Positions 49,575-62,394 of a DNA stretch of 64,000 bases are shown here, piece by piece. Below the pieces are notes generated by a model. That model saw nothing but the letters and a program-made list of their open reading frames with translations, had not been told where the DNA came from and searched no databases. Both the position numbers and the translations under genes were made by a program. The DNA lies in NCBI GenBank assembly GCA_038496445.1, contig JALMLS010000253.1:118298-182297 (forward strand), given 5' to 3'. Source of the stretch: Trichosphaerium sp. ATCC 40318 (taxonomy: Eukaryota > Protista > Tubulinea). The first letter of the stretch is position 1. Every line of letters begins with the position of its first letter.

Positions 49575-51999
49575 ATGGCGTCTACAGGTGCAATTTCCTT
49601 ACTGGCGCTTGTTTTAGTTGTTTCAGTACAATTTGTATGTTCTTCAACAGTACCAGAGCAAATTCATATTACACTTACTGGTACGTCTACAAAACTTCGT
49701 TACGTAGCTTTTGTAATACTTTGACAGGTAAAAATTCTGAAATGGTTGTAAGCTGGCTAACACCTAATAAAGTGTCAAATCCAACAGTAATGGTACGAAA
49801 AAACGCTCTTGTTGGCAGTAAAAACCCTTTTGGAAAAAAAACGCCACCAAAAAAATTTGTATCAACTTCTCGAGGTCTTCATCGTCCACAATTACCTCTG
49901 CGTCAATGTCGGAGACTGTTGATTTTGTAAAGTGATTCTGAACATTACTAAGAGTTCTACAGTTGGATATTTAGCTACCTACGCTCGTATGTTTTGACCC
50001 ACGTGGGTCGAAACGCTTTACACTTTTTTTGAGCTTAGTTGGCCATTTTTCTTCTTTTAGTTAGTTAGTTTTCGCACATTTAACTTGGGCGTTTGTTTTC
50101 GTATTAGTTGTATCCACACTCACGCGATCCAAAAGGGCAACACTTGCTCTGCCTTCCTTATGGGCCTATTACCTCAGTTTTTTTCTACTTTTTTGTGTTG
50201 ACCGAATTTAATTTTTTGTTTTAGTATGGAACCTCTCCTACAAATCTATCTCAAAAGGCCTCTGCTTTCAAATCGACATACTATGTCTATCCTCCAGATT
50301 TTTATGAATCAGGAGAAATCTATCGTACGTTGGCGTGTTATTCTGAAAAGTTTCTTGTTTCTGATCCGTTTCTTTTTTTTGTTTAGATGCGATGTGTACT
50401 GGTCTGTCTCTTAATACAGTGTACTACTATAAGGTTGGCGATGCGTCAGGTGGATACAGGTACGTGATATAAGCTTGCAGTTGAAAAAAAGTGGACTAAC
50501 TATGTCGCAGTAAAGTATTCTCGTTTAACACTGAACGTCAACTGCCAGGTACATTTGCCAAGTTTTTTTTTTTTGATTGAATAGTTTGCATCTTGCCGTG
50601 CTATAGAGGTTAACAAGTTGAGTTCTTTTGTTTAGTTGAAATTATCTGTGTTGGTGATATTGGTCACTCAAAGGAATCTGATATTACGATATCACACATG
50701 ACGAATGCTTCCAAGAGTAGACACATTGATTATGTTTTCCATGCAGGCGATTTAAGGTAAACTGATTTAATAGAGTCTTACCCAAGACAAGCCACCTCTA
50801 ATCTATTTATAGCTATGCTAATTTAGACCAACCAATATGGGATACATGGATGAATACTGTACAACCACTTGCTAGTACCGTACCATACATGGCTGCTGTT
50901 GGCAATGTACGACATTAACAAACCAAGTCTAAACTTTTATTTATTTTTTATTGTAGCACGAGTTGTTTTCTCTTTTCCTTGCCTATGACACAAGATTTCA
51001 CAATCCAGGTACGCTCCTATTTTTTTCATATCAACACAAAAACAATGGGCTGTCGAGGACCTCAAAAAACAATTCAAGATAAAAAAAAAGATCTTGGTTT
51101 TTATGCATGTTGGATGGAGTTTTCACACTTATTAGGTACAAACTCTGGATCTCACAGTGATACCTATTGGTCTTTCAACTATGAAAATGTACATGCTATA
51201 GCTTTGAGTAGTGAACAAATATCTTATGGGTACCCACAGCAAATATAGAACCAAATATTTACTTTCTACATAAAATGCCAAAACTTCCTTCTTCTGTTCA
51301 TTTGGATCAAATTATTTATTCTTCTAGACACTGGACGGATCAATACACATGGTTAGAGAAGGACTTACAAAGTATTGATCGTAAAGTAACACCTTGGGTT
51401 ATACTAAGTTGGCATAGTCCTTGGTATACTAGCAACAAAGGTACAAAGAAACTAGAGGTTTGATAAAAAAAACCGAAACTTAAGTTTTCTTGACTCAATT
51501 TGATCATCTTCTTAACGATTATTATCAGTACATACCCATGATGGTGACTCTATGCGTGAAGAACTTGAAGATTTACTTTATAAATATAAAGTCGATTTGG
51601 TTCTTGTTGGTCACGTGCACGCTTACGGTAACGTTCTTTTCAAAATATTTATCTATCCTATTTTGCAGTGTTTTTTCTTTAAAACTCATTTCTGCCCCAG
51701 AGCGTACCACTACTGTCTACAACGGTACAGTCACTGCTGATGCCCCTGCATACATACTAAATGGTAATGGTGGCAACGGTGAGGGCTTATACAATAGCTG
51801 GATAGATCCTCAACCTGCATGGTCTGTAAAACGGTATGCCTTAGCTTTGTTATTTTGCTTTAGTGATTTATTTTCTAGTGATGCCTACTATGGCTACGGA
51901 AGTTTGACAGTGTATAACTCTACGCACATGTATTGGCAAGCATTTAATGTTATCACTGATACTGTTACTGACGATTGGTGGTTTGTAAGACAGCATTAA
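49575..51999 (+). CDS. Secreted purple acid phosphatase (FN3-like + metallophosphoesterase)
   Basis: Signal peptide, PEQIHI, YYYKVG, GDIG, HAGDLSYA, GNHE, WHSPWY, GHVHAY-ER. Confidence 0.92.
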
Positions 52000-52214
52000 T
52001 AAACATAAACTTTATTATCAGCGTCGGGACTAATAAGTCTTGGGTTAATCTTCAATCAAGATCTTTTTTCTCTGTTGGCTTTTCTTAGCACTTCTTATCT
52101 TAATACACTATTTAAAGCATGTACAATATAATTTTATTGCTCATTAATAAATACAAGCAAGTAGAAGGAAGGACTTAAGTCCAAATAATTGAAGGGTTTC
52201 ACCAAAAAAACAAA

Positions 52215-55200
52215 CTAATGTTTGCTTCGTGCTGATTTTTTAGGCGACTTTGGTGACTTTTTATGTCCTGTAGCTCTCTTGCTCTTTGATGCATCCTTTT
52301 CATTAACAGGTCTTGGTGTTTGAGGTAACTTGACAGGATAACTTCGCTACAGAAGTGAAGATGTCAGCAAGCAATTGAAACATTGAAAAAACTTCAAAGA
52401 CTGACTTGAAGTACCTTTTTTGTTACAGGTTCAGATGGTTTTTTATGGACCTTTGGCTTTTTGACATGTAAAATTGCTGCTAGATACTAGAAAACAATAT
52501 AAGTCAAAAAAGAAGTTCAACAAGACCACAACAACAAGAAACTCGCGAAAAAAAAGGTTGCAATGACTTAAAACGTACATCAACTATATCTTCATGACCA
52601 AGCTTTGCAGCTAGTTCCAAAGGAGATAATCCACCTGCAAATGTCTTTAAAGTCAAATCAGCACCCTCACGTACTAACTCCTAAAAGCAGTATTTAGTAA
52701 ATGTTGATTTCTTTGTGGTTGTAGATGTACCTTTATAATAGAGTTTCTTTTAAAGTAAATAGCAAGATGTAAAGGTGTATAACCCTTTCCTTTTGTTTGT
52801 ACATTAATATCAGCATGGAAGTCTATGAGCTGTTTTATAAAGCTCTTCTGATGAGATCTCGGTGTATGTGTCAAACTGACAACTATATGAAGAGGAGTAT
52901 AACCTAAAAAATACTTAACCAAACTTATAAATTTTTAAGGGAAAAAGCAAGCTCAAGAACAACTAAAATGTACCTTTGATGTATAGATTTCTAGCACTTG
53001 GGTGTGCTCTAAACTTTAGTAGTACTATAGCACACTCAAGACGCGCTTTAGAGCATGCACCATGTAGAGGTTTCCAACCGCCCTAAAAATGTGTTTGTTA
53101 AGTTTTGTACTCGGGTCTTCACTTGAATGAAGGGTGGAGTTACCTTTTTGCCTTTGTTTGGATCTGCACCTTTACGTAGTAAATATTTTACAACATCTAC
53201 TCTTCCTATGTTTGAACATCAGCAAGCAAAAAAGAAAACAAACGAGTCTTGAAGATTCTTTGCTTAATTTGAAGTAAAACCTTCAACCTTTAGCGTTCTA
53301 CTGTACCTTGTGTTGCAGCATAATAAAGGGGTGTAATGCCCTTATTTGACATGGCATTAATACTAGCTTTACACTCTACTAGGACTCTAAAAAACCTCTG
53401 TTAGTATGAAAGGAAAAAGGATACATTTACGTACTTTGCAATGTTTATGTGGCCTTTGCAAGATGCTGCGTGTAATGCTGTCCAACCATTTTCTTCTTTA
53501 GCGTCAACATCGACATAAGAACCAAGGCCATTAAGTAGATGCAATACTTTATCATAAGTGCCAGCGTAAGCCGCCATAAAAAGAGGTGCCTAAGAGGTCC
53601 AGTGTTAGTAAAAACTCATTCATTAGTTTTTTTTTTGTTCCAAACTTTTTTTAGCGTACACCGTGCTCTCCGTTTGCTTCTATTTTGTTGAATGTATCGA
53701 GTCCATCATCACCTTTTCTTGATTTTTTCTTTACACGCACCGTTTTTTGTGCAAGAACCGTATCATTGGTGCTAATTGTGATGGAATGATCACCACTTTC
53801 AAGCGGTATATAAGTAACCTCAAATTTACCATTCTCTAATGATTAATGTCATAAGTAAATATTTTATTAGAGTATCTAATGTACCTCCAGGGACTTCTGC
53901 TATCTTAGATTCAGGAGTAATACTTTGTGGACCTTCAATGACGACCTAAAGACGAACGAATTAGAATTCTTACTTTTTTCCGACGACAAAGAAAGGAAGG
54001 TACTTTGATATCTGGTACACCTGTGAATTCTGCATCGTCTTTTGCTTTTAACTGCATAACAAATTTTGCAATATCACCTTTACTCTTTAATTCGAAGATA
54101 TCAGCGGAAACAACTAGAGATACAAGCCAACATTAGCGAGGTAAAAAAAAGCAAACATAAAAAAAAAGATCTGTTGAAAGTTTTTTACCTTCTGGTTCTC
54201 TATACTCGTCTTGAGAATCCTCAGATGCTTCTGTATCATTAGATACCTTATTTTTCTTGTGCTTTTCAGGTTTAACTACATACAGGGATGAGATAGAGCA
54301 ATTATGCTGAGAACTTACCTTTGACATCTTCTCCTGACTCTACTGCACGTTCCAAGTGCGGAGAAGTCATACGGAACCTTGGAGACTCATCTGAAGTACC
54401 ATCGTACCGACTAGACATTAAAAGTTCAGGAATATTTTCCACATTATCAACTACATCATCGTCATCTTCTTTTTTATCTTCTTCTTTGTTAATAGCTATT
54501 TCTGGGACTTTAACTTCTTTTTTATCGTTCGTTGTAGCATTCTCGTCTATGCTAGCAGTATCACTATCACTGTCGATACTAGATTTATCACTCCAGTCGT
54601 AGTTATCGCCTTCTTTAGCTCGTTTAGCGAGCAGCTTCCTTAAGGACGAATCAATCCTTGGTTTTGCTTCGGATTCATCGTATACCCATTCCTCCTTGAA
54701 CCCTTCTGATATCACAAGCTTTAGAATAGCAATGTCAGTGAGGATAGTCATTGTTGTTTCTTTGACAAAAAACTGTTTTTTTCTCTTTTTCAAGAATTTG
54801 TTGCCTTGAGTTTCGGTACTTTCCAAGGTTGGAAAGCGATCGCAAACGTACCTGAGATAGCCTGTGAATAGTGTGTACTATACGCTTTATGTTTTTCTCG
54901 TTAACGCAATCGTTAACGTCGAAGAGATCTACGCAAGCGTCAGTACGCGTAAAGCGTTTAAAAAACTGGCGTGTTTGGAGTTTGTGTTGTTACCTGGCTC
55001 TTTGAAACCGATTAGTTTGCAAGACTCTATGAAGAGTACTACGTTTTCTCGCAATAGCATCGTCTTACTAGACGCTGGACGTATTTTTTTAATAGCATGT
55101 TTGTTTGGGGAAATTGAGCGAACTAGCTTGCACAGTATAATGCCGTCCTTGAGAACAGACGATAGCGAGACATTTTGCTAAATTGACGGATTAGTACATA

Positions 55201-57653
55201 ACATCACCAACGTCAAAAAAGAATTACAGCAATGCGTTCGCTTACGCTGTTGACTAGCGAAAACGAGCCCAGTTCTTATTAAGAAAGCGTACCTCAAATT
55301 CTGTTTGTAGAACTCTCTGTAACCAGTCTAGAGCTTGTTTACAGCGTAAGTCTGTATTTTGTTGTTTATTACTCGAGTGTTTACTCATAATGCTATACTT
55401 ACGTTAGCTACACGTTAGCTACAGCCGCGTTATACAACGCTGCGGTAAACTAGTGCGAGTAATTCGCATACCTGTAATGCAATGACCCTCTGTGCAATGT
55501 TGGCACTCGGCCGTAGCGTAAGGTTGTGATAGAAGAGTATTTGGCTAGTAAAAAGACAATTTCGGAATTTCAAAATACTTTCAAAAACGGCAAGACCTTT
55601 TAAGTACGTCCTTTCTTAGCAGTAATTTATAAATGTCTTTGTACAAATGGGTTTTTATTGTCAATGTTAAGCGGTGGGGAGAATTACAAGACAATCACAG
55701 TATTAAAAATAGTTCGGATTCGCAGGACTCGTAACCTTCCTCATCTACTTCATTCCTTTCATCTTCTGTTTTGTCTTCTATTGGCTTCTTTATTGTAACA
55801 ACTTCTGCTGTTGTAACAGAAGTAGGTTCATCATTATCCTCACTGGCTTTAGGTGATTTGAAAGATATAAAATGCTCTGATGACTCCTCGGAGCCTTCTT
55901 CATCTGTATCATTGTCTGAGGGTTTAGGATCATTACTCTACAGCTTTAGTTAGTGATAACTGACTAACTGATTGCATACCTCAACTGCAACTTCATAGGG
56001 ACTAGCTGAAGTTAAATCTTCAGCTTGTTTTTCAATGTTTTCTTCTTCGTCATTTCGTGATTTGACATTAAATGTCATAAACAATTCAGAATCATGGCTA
56101 TCTTCAATTAAAGTAATTTCTTCACTTGACTCTTCTTTAGAAGTTTTTTCTTTTGATTGACGCTTTGTTTCTTCTCCAGGACCTTCTTGTTCATCAGCTC
56201 GTGTCAAAATATCATCAATAGCGATTTTATTGACTAAATCTTCTTCGCTTGTAACTCTAGGTTTCTTTACTTCTTTGTCACCTGCGCCCGTGACTACTAA
56301 TTTAACTCCATGAGACTTTTTCTTCTTTAGTCTCTTGGTTTTCTTCTTTTTACTCTAGAAACAAGAATCAAAAACAGAGCAGTTGAACGTCCATTTGAAG
56401 AAAACAGAATTTTTTTCACATACACTATCTTTTTGTGAACTAGTCACAGACTCTTCCTCGGCCTTCTTTGCGGCTTCAATAAATTCTCTAGTTTTTATCC
56501 TACCGCCACCTGTCCTATCTGTAATAGAACGTGTCTTTTTACCAACAACACGTTTCTTTTTTCCTGAAAACAAAACTGTAAACTTGCAAAAAAAAGTAAT
56601 AGAAACCACTAACGCATTCGAACTGTAACTGCTGATGCAACTGGTTTAGAATTAGTCTTCTCTCCTATTTCCAATGACAATCGACGAACTTTTTTAACGC
56701 CTTCAGTATCTGTACTGCCATCAACAGACATTTTAATAGGCGATGAGTGTCCAAAATGTATTGAGCGTCTTTGTCCTAAAAAAAAAAAGTCATTCTTTAG
56801 CTGAAACCCTCCATTCTCTAAACAACGCTAACAACAATACTTACTTTTTTTTTGTGCTGCTGTCAATTTAATGCCAAGATCAGGGGCAGATTTAACAGGC
56901 TTTCTGATTACATCTTCAATGAATACAGTGCGTTCCTGTGTAACACTGTTAGTGACTGTACGATACTTTATTAAGTTTATGAGATGGTACCTCTGCTGCT
57001 GATTGGTTGTCTTCGCTGGTGAGATCCTCTGTATCAACTGTACTAAAAGCAGTATTAGAAAGACTGTACATAGTTAAAGGCGTACCGAAGAAACACTGAT
57101 TTTTCCGGCTTTTCCGCTTCTGCGACAGTGTAAAAGCAACGCTTTAGCTGCGTTTCCCACTTGTCACGCTCTAATGTTGTTGATGCAGCGAATACATACG
57201 ATTTTGTGCCATCACGTTGTCTATTACAGTAATTGGTACAATATAGTGGGTAAAAATGTGCGTAGTAAGCCAGCGAAGTGGCTTATTTTTAGTTAAATTG
57301 ATAGTGCAACTTACCCATTAATTTTAAAGCCATGAGTCCCTTTTTTGCCTTTCCAGTGTTCAAATAAATCGTATACGTGCAGTCTAACCAGAGATGATGG
57401 CTCTTCGACCTAAACCAATCAATAAATTACCAATCAAGCGTCTATCTGCGCCTGAAAGGCATTGATAGCGTCGGTGCAGGTTTAGTTTGAAATTTCTATT
57501 ACTTACAGTATTATTTCGGTAAATGTACAAAGCGCCACCGTGAAGGATGCAATAGCGTCTTTTCCATGATCTACCAGCTTTACAGAATAAAAACCCAGTG
57601 TGCTGCGGATCCACTTCAAGATTGGACCGGAGGATGTTAAAGTTCCAAGACAT
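52215..57653 (-). CDS. PH + acidic linker + calponin-homology + filamin-type Ig + ankyrin repeat cytoskeletal protein
   Basis: PH: GFLFCKAGRSWKRRYCIL..ERDKW. CH: DWLQRVL..LKDGIILCKLV..RENVVLFIESC..DLFD. Filamin: VIEGP..GKFEVTYIP..GDHSITI. Ankyrins: GWTALHAAS, GYTPLHLAI. 3' end uncertain. Confidence 0.75.
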
Positions 57654-57851
57654 TGTACCCTTTTGTTTATTGTAGTAATTCTACTCAAATCAAGACTGTA
57701 GGACTTTATTTTTTTGCCACAAAATAACGCCCAAAACAAGAAAGTCTTCTTTTGTTTGTTTTATTGTTTTTACTTTATTTTTATACATTTGAAACGAGTC
57801 TAAGCAAAATCCAACTACGCTTCACTAATCTACACAATGTTGTATTTGAGT

Positions 57852-59538
57852 TTACGCCTGAAATGCCCGCAACTCCACGCAATTCATATGAATGGTGTTG
57901 CGTCCATCATCCGAGCCTTCAAGAAGACGTTGACTCCTAGTGAGAGGTGCATCCAACATGAAGTGCTTTTTGCTAGAAACTGTAAAGACGAGATTCGGTA
58001 TTCTGAAAAAGAAAAAAATAACAGTAAAAACTGACAAACCTTTGGTTCTCGATTGAGGCGATAATGGACTCCTTATCTCCTGGTTTCCACCAGTATGGTA
58101 TTACAACTATTGATATACCTTGTGCATTGTTAGAATAAGAAAATACGTCAGTCTTTGTTAATCACCTAGAGAGCTGCATAATTGAACTTTTTCGGCATCT
58201 CTCTTTTCTTGTATTGAAACTGGATCAAATCGTTGTATTACATCTTTGTAATGTTGTTCACCGTGATACTCCAAACCGATACTGAGATGTGGTATAAATA
58301 CATCAATAGTAATCCACTCCTCAAGGGTATCACGTTTGACACCTGGTCGATATTCTTCAAAAATATCATGTGTTGGGTATATCTCACAAACACAATTGAA
58401 TAGCGACCTAAAAGATTATTACATCAGCGACACAATAGTAAAATAGAGTGAGTACCTTTGTATGGCTTTTTTATCAGTCATGAAAAACGAGCTAACGTTC
58501 CAAGAACTTTCAGGGTAAAACGACATTAAAGTTTGAGGCCAAGATGATAGCAGACCTCCACCTCCTAAAGCTTGGATTTGAGGCCTAGAAATGCGATACC
58601 AATCTGAGTATTTTTTGATATTTAGTTTGCGTTCTACTTGATCTACAAAGCATGATACATTATCCCTCTTTGACCAATAATATGGTGGTTTTCTGTCTAT
58701 TGCTTGTTGCCTTTTTTATTAGCGTTAACAACGTTTCTTACTGTTGTTGTATTTCTAGTTACCTGAACTTATCCTTGTTCCACCTATAGTATGGAAACAC
58801 ATTCTTAAATAGTATATGTGGTTGACGAAATCTAATAAAGTTAACACAAAGCAAAATCAATCAGCCAAACAAAAAAAATCGGCTTTTTCTAGAAAAAGTA
58901 AGTACTTTTTGAGAATGAAGGTGACACCTTCATTTGCCAGTGCTGTATTACCAATATCGTAGAACTGATCCAATGTCTTAATACCCTTACGTTCAGCAAT
59001 CCTCTCAAAGTGAGTGCGATAATACGAGTTGGCTCTAAATACTCGTATAAGGTTACAGTTGTTTTTCTTGGTTCTTGGAACGTACTTGTCTTTGATTGGG
59101 TCGATTAGCTTTGAGAATCTATGCCATTCTTTTTGTTTAAATTTCTTCTTTTCCCAGTGGGTTTCTGGATATATCTTCTTTAATGCGCTTTGTACACTGT
59201 TGTTGTACCTTTCAGCTGGTGAGTTTTTGACGTATTTTTTTGTCTGATTGTATTTGACACGTACTGCAAAAGTGCGCTGGACCCATTTTTGGACAGAACA
59301 TCTCTAGATGTAACATTGTACCAATCTTGAGCATTTTTAATATTTAATTGGGGACCAACAAGCTTGTCAAATAAACGACGCTGGTTTTCAATAGATTTCC
59401 AGTATCTAGGAGCTTTCTTGGGTGTTTTTTGTCTTTGTTCTGAATTAAAAGTCGTTAAACAGCTATTGACACTACATTGTATTATATACCTCCAGGTGGC
59501 CTCGATTTAATAATTCTCGCGTATCTACTGAGGCTCAT
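57852..59538 (-). CDS. YW..DWY..YP repeat protein with C-terminal PD-(D/E)XK (RAP/DUF559-like) domain, possibly mitochondrial
   Basis: Repeats YWKSIENQRRLFD..DWYNV..LKKIYPETHW and YWSKRDNV..DWYRIS..FYPESSW. C-terminus IDVFIPHLSIGLEYHGEQHY..RDAEKVQLC..GISIVVIPYWW. Confidence 0.75.
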
Positions 59539-59654
59539 CAGTATAATCTATACTCAACACGCGTGTGCATCGCGTATTGGATGGCCAGAAGCATATGCGA
59601 CGTTTTAAAGAGCGTATAAGCCAATTCCGCTTAAGGCCAGTCAAAACAAGCCAA

Positions 59655-60752
59655 ATGGCAAAACCACTTCTAGAAATTTGCCATAAAGTACTTGGGCCAT
59701 CGCAAAAGCTTATATTTGCTCAATATAGTAACAAAAAACAATATAATGTGCTGTGCGCTTACAATAAGGTTCATATCATCGGTGTATTCGCAGCAGATAT
59801 AAAACAAGGCATGTGAAAAGAAAAACAGTTTAAAATCCCATCACAAGCTCTAAACCAAACCAACAGAGCTCGGACTATTTCCAACTGACGATAGAACGAA
59901 TACACTCTATGGGTAAGCTCAATATCAACGCCCAAACGTCACATTTACAACGTAAAGGAGTTAACAAACTTTAGAGAGCATGAAGGTATCAAAATACAGC
60001 TGCACGAATGTAAAAAATTCTGTAAACTCCTACATCGAGGAGGTCCTGGCTACGTCGAGGTCTGTCATTCTTTATCGTAGCCTTGTGTACTGATGCATCA
60101 ATACATTGTAGATGCTCTATGCCTCAGAAGATATTTACTCAACGCCAGAGTGGCAAGATATTGTCAAAAGCAGAAAGCAATACATAACACCAACTTTTAT
60201 GGAACAAGTATGACTTCTTTTAGTAGTTGACAAGATTCTGCTTCTTTACCAACTTGAACCATTCAAAGTGTAACATCATTGTAGCTATTACAAGTAGGTA
60301 AAGCCAACTTGAAATTCTTACAACAGCTTCATTCAAAGAAGAAGAAAAAGAAGCCTGTAGAAATATCACCAGAAATTATTAGAGATAAGTTTGCACGTGG
60401 TTTATTAGCTTTTGAAAAAACAGATTATATGGCAAAGGCACGTGATCAATAAGGCCCTCTGTAGCATAACACAACTATTCACTTCCAAAACCCTTACACT
60501 TTAAAATAGCACATGGACATCATGTTGTGTTCTTCAAACGAAAAAACTTTAAAAGCTCTTTCAACTGAAAGTTTAAGCAAGATGGAGACTTCGGAGATGC
60601 AAAAGATTTTAGAAGAGCAATATACACTATTAGAGAAATACTCACATAACTGGACATTCCTTGATAAATCTGTTGATACCAGAGCAATATCAGCAGCATG
60701 GTTACAAGAAGTGCGCGAAAGTCATCTCCAAAAAATAATACAACAAGGTTGA
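59655..60752 (+). CDS. Degenerate Pol-beta-superfamily nucleotidyltransferase-like protein (YcgL/RlaP-like)
   Basis: Spliced frame contains LIFAQY..IIGVFAAD, HECKKFCKLLHRGGPGYVEML..STPEW and WLQEVR, resembling PF10127-type motifs. The GS and DxD catalytic motifs are not seen. Needs two GC-AG introns. Confidence 0.55.
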
Positions 60753-61155
60753 TTTTCTACTTGGCTTGTTTTGTTTTAATTCAAATACCTTCATGTGACC
60801 AGGTTTGTACTATGTTAGATGCTAGTTTGACGAATACGTCACTACCACTCTTTTTTCCTCTGTGATTATAGTGGTAGGTAAGCAGCACAAGATATTCAAT
60901 ATTATCTTCTGTATAAAGTTGCAACTAGGCACTCAACAAAACAACATTTCCGAGCATTGTTCCTCAAATGACAACCAGCAGAGTAAACGTTTTATGTTCT
61001 CGCAGAGCCGTTTTGAGGAATGCACGTGATCACACCATTTAGCTGACACTGCTTTTGGGATAAAAATACGCTTGACAACCGTTCCAAAGTTATAAAACAA
61101 ATTCAAGACGAAAACTAACAAAAAAATAGTGTCTATCGATCTAACACTGTATTTA

Positions 61156-62016
61156 TTAGCCAATGACAGCCTCAACATCGGCTCGAGTCTTATCTGCAGA
61201 CTCTACTAGACCATCCAAGTGATTCGAAATCAATTTTGTCAGTTGTTTGACCTTGTTTTTAGATTCAGCCAGTTCCTGACGCAAGCTCTCAACCACTAGG
61301 TTGTCCTCCTCCAAGGTAGCGTTTGTGTCTTTTAACGTTTCATTCTCCACCTTTAGCGTCTTAATCTCAATCTGGAGCTCCGCTACCAAACCCACCAAGT
61401 CATTAATGCCATTTTGAATTTGTTTCATGTTCGTCTTGTTTTCATCAAGCCGCTGCAAGTTTTGCGTCGTTAAACTCGTCAGGTCATGAGCACCATCGCT
61501 CGCCTAATAGTGTCAGAAGGATATCAAACAAGGCACCAAGCAACAAAAAAATCAAAAACGGGTCGATAACGGCGTGTATGATCAAGGTTGCATCGCGCAA
61601 CCATAGGCGGAAACCTCGATAATACCATACCTAATCGTACATACGCTGGTTATTAAGCAGCGCGCCGCTCAGTATGTGCTGTTGTCTGTAACAATGTGGC
61701 CACAAAGTTAGTACCAAACAGAAAAGGCGCGAACATTTTTAAAGCGAGTTTTTCAAACAAAAAAAAAATTGTGGTTATTCAAGAAGCGCCTTTTGAATCA
61801 ATTTTAGCACGGTTTACAAAGAACCGGCGAATGCTAAGCGTGTTTGCTCTATAAGGGTACAACTAAGCACGTTACACTTTTAAAACAACAAAAGCCGCTA
61901 CATTACGGCCAGGTAACGTTAAAGCCACTTCTAGCACTTAAAAACAACTTGGATATACAAAATAACGTTACCTGACTAATTCTTCTCTTCTTTGCTGCAC
62001 GAGTGGTGGTTGCCAT
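61156..62016 (-). CDS. Hypothetical coiled-coil protein
   Basis: Last exon is heptad-rich (LVGLVAELQIEIKTLKVENETLK). Probable first exon MATTTRAAKRRELVR with GT donor. Middle exons unresolved. Confidence 0.5.
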
Positions 62017-62394
62017 TGTAGGATAGATTATTCAACGCTAACGTCAACTAAATTCGTTTTGTCAGTCTGACAGAATTGTATTGGAACTTTTCCCATCTTA
62101 TTGTGTCTTACATTGTAATTAGGTTCTAGTAGCACCCGTGCTCGGGTGGTGTGGTGTCTGTTCATAGCGGACCTGCGTTTTGAAAGTCAACCCAGACAAT
62201 AAACTGCCCAGATAAACTACTAAGTCATTTGCAAAATCGGTATCAACCAATCAATAACAGACGAAGACATCAAGGTGTTATCGATTTGTGTCTTAGATTT
62301 ACAAACACTTCCATTTAGCTAAAAGCCTCCAAAAACTTACGTACACATACTACATTATAACACGTGTACAACTTTAATTTTATTTTTGGGGAAC

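Noticed and set aside
62230-62335. U2 snRNA-like string on the minus strand (GGCTTTTAGCTAA..AAGTGT)
   Set aside because: The invariant branch-pairing GTAGTA is absent and the downstream layout does not fit U2.
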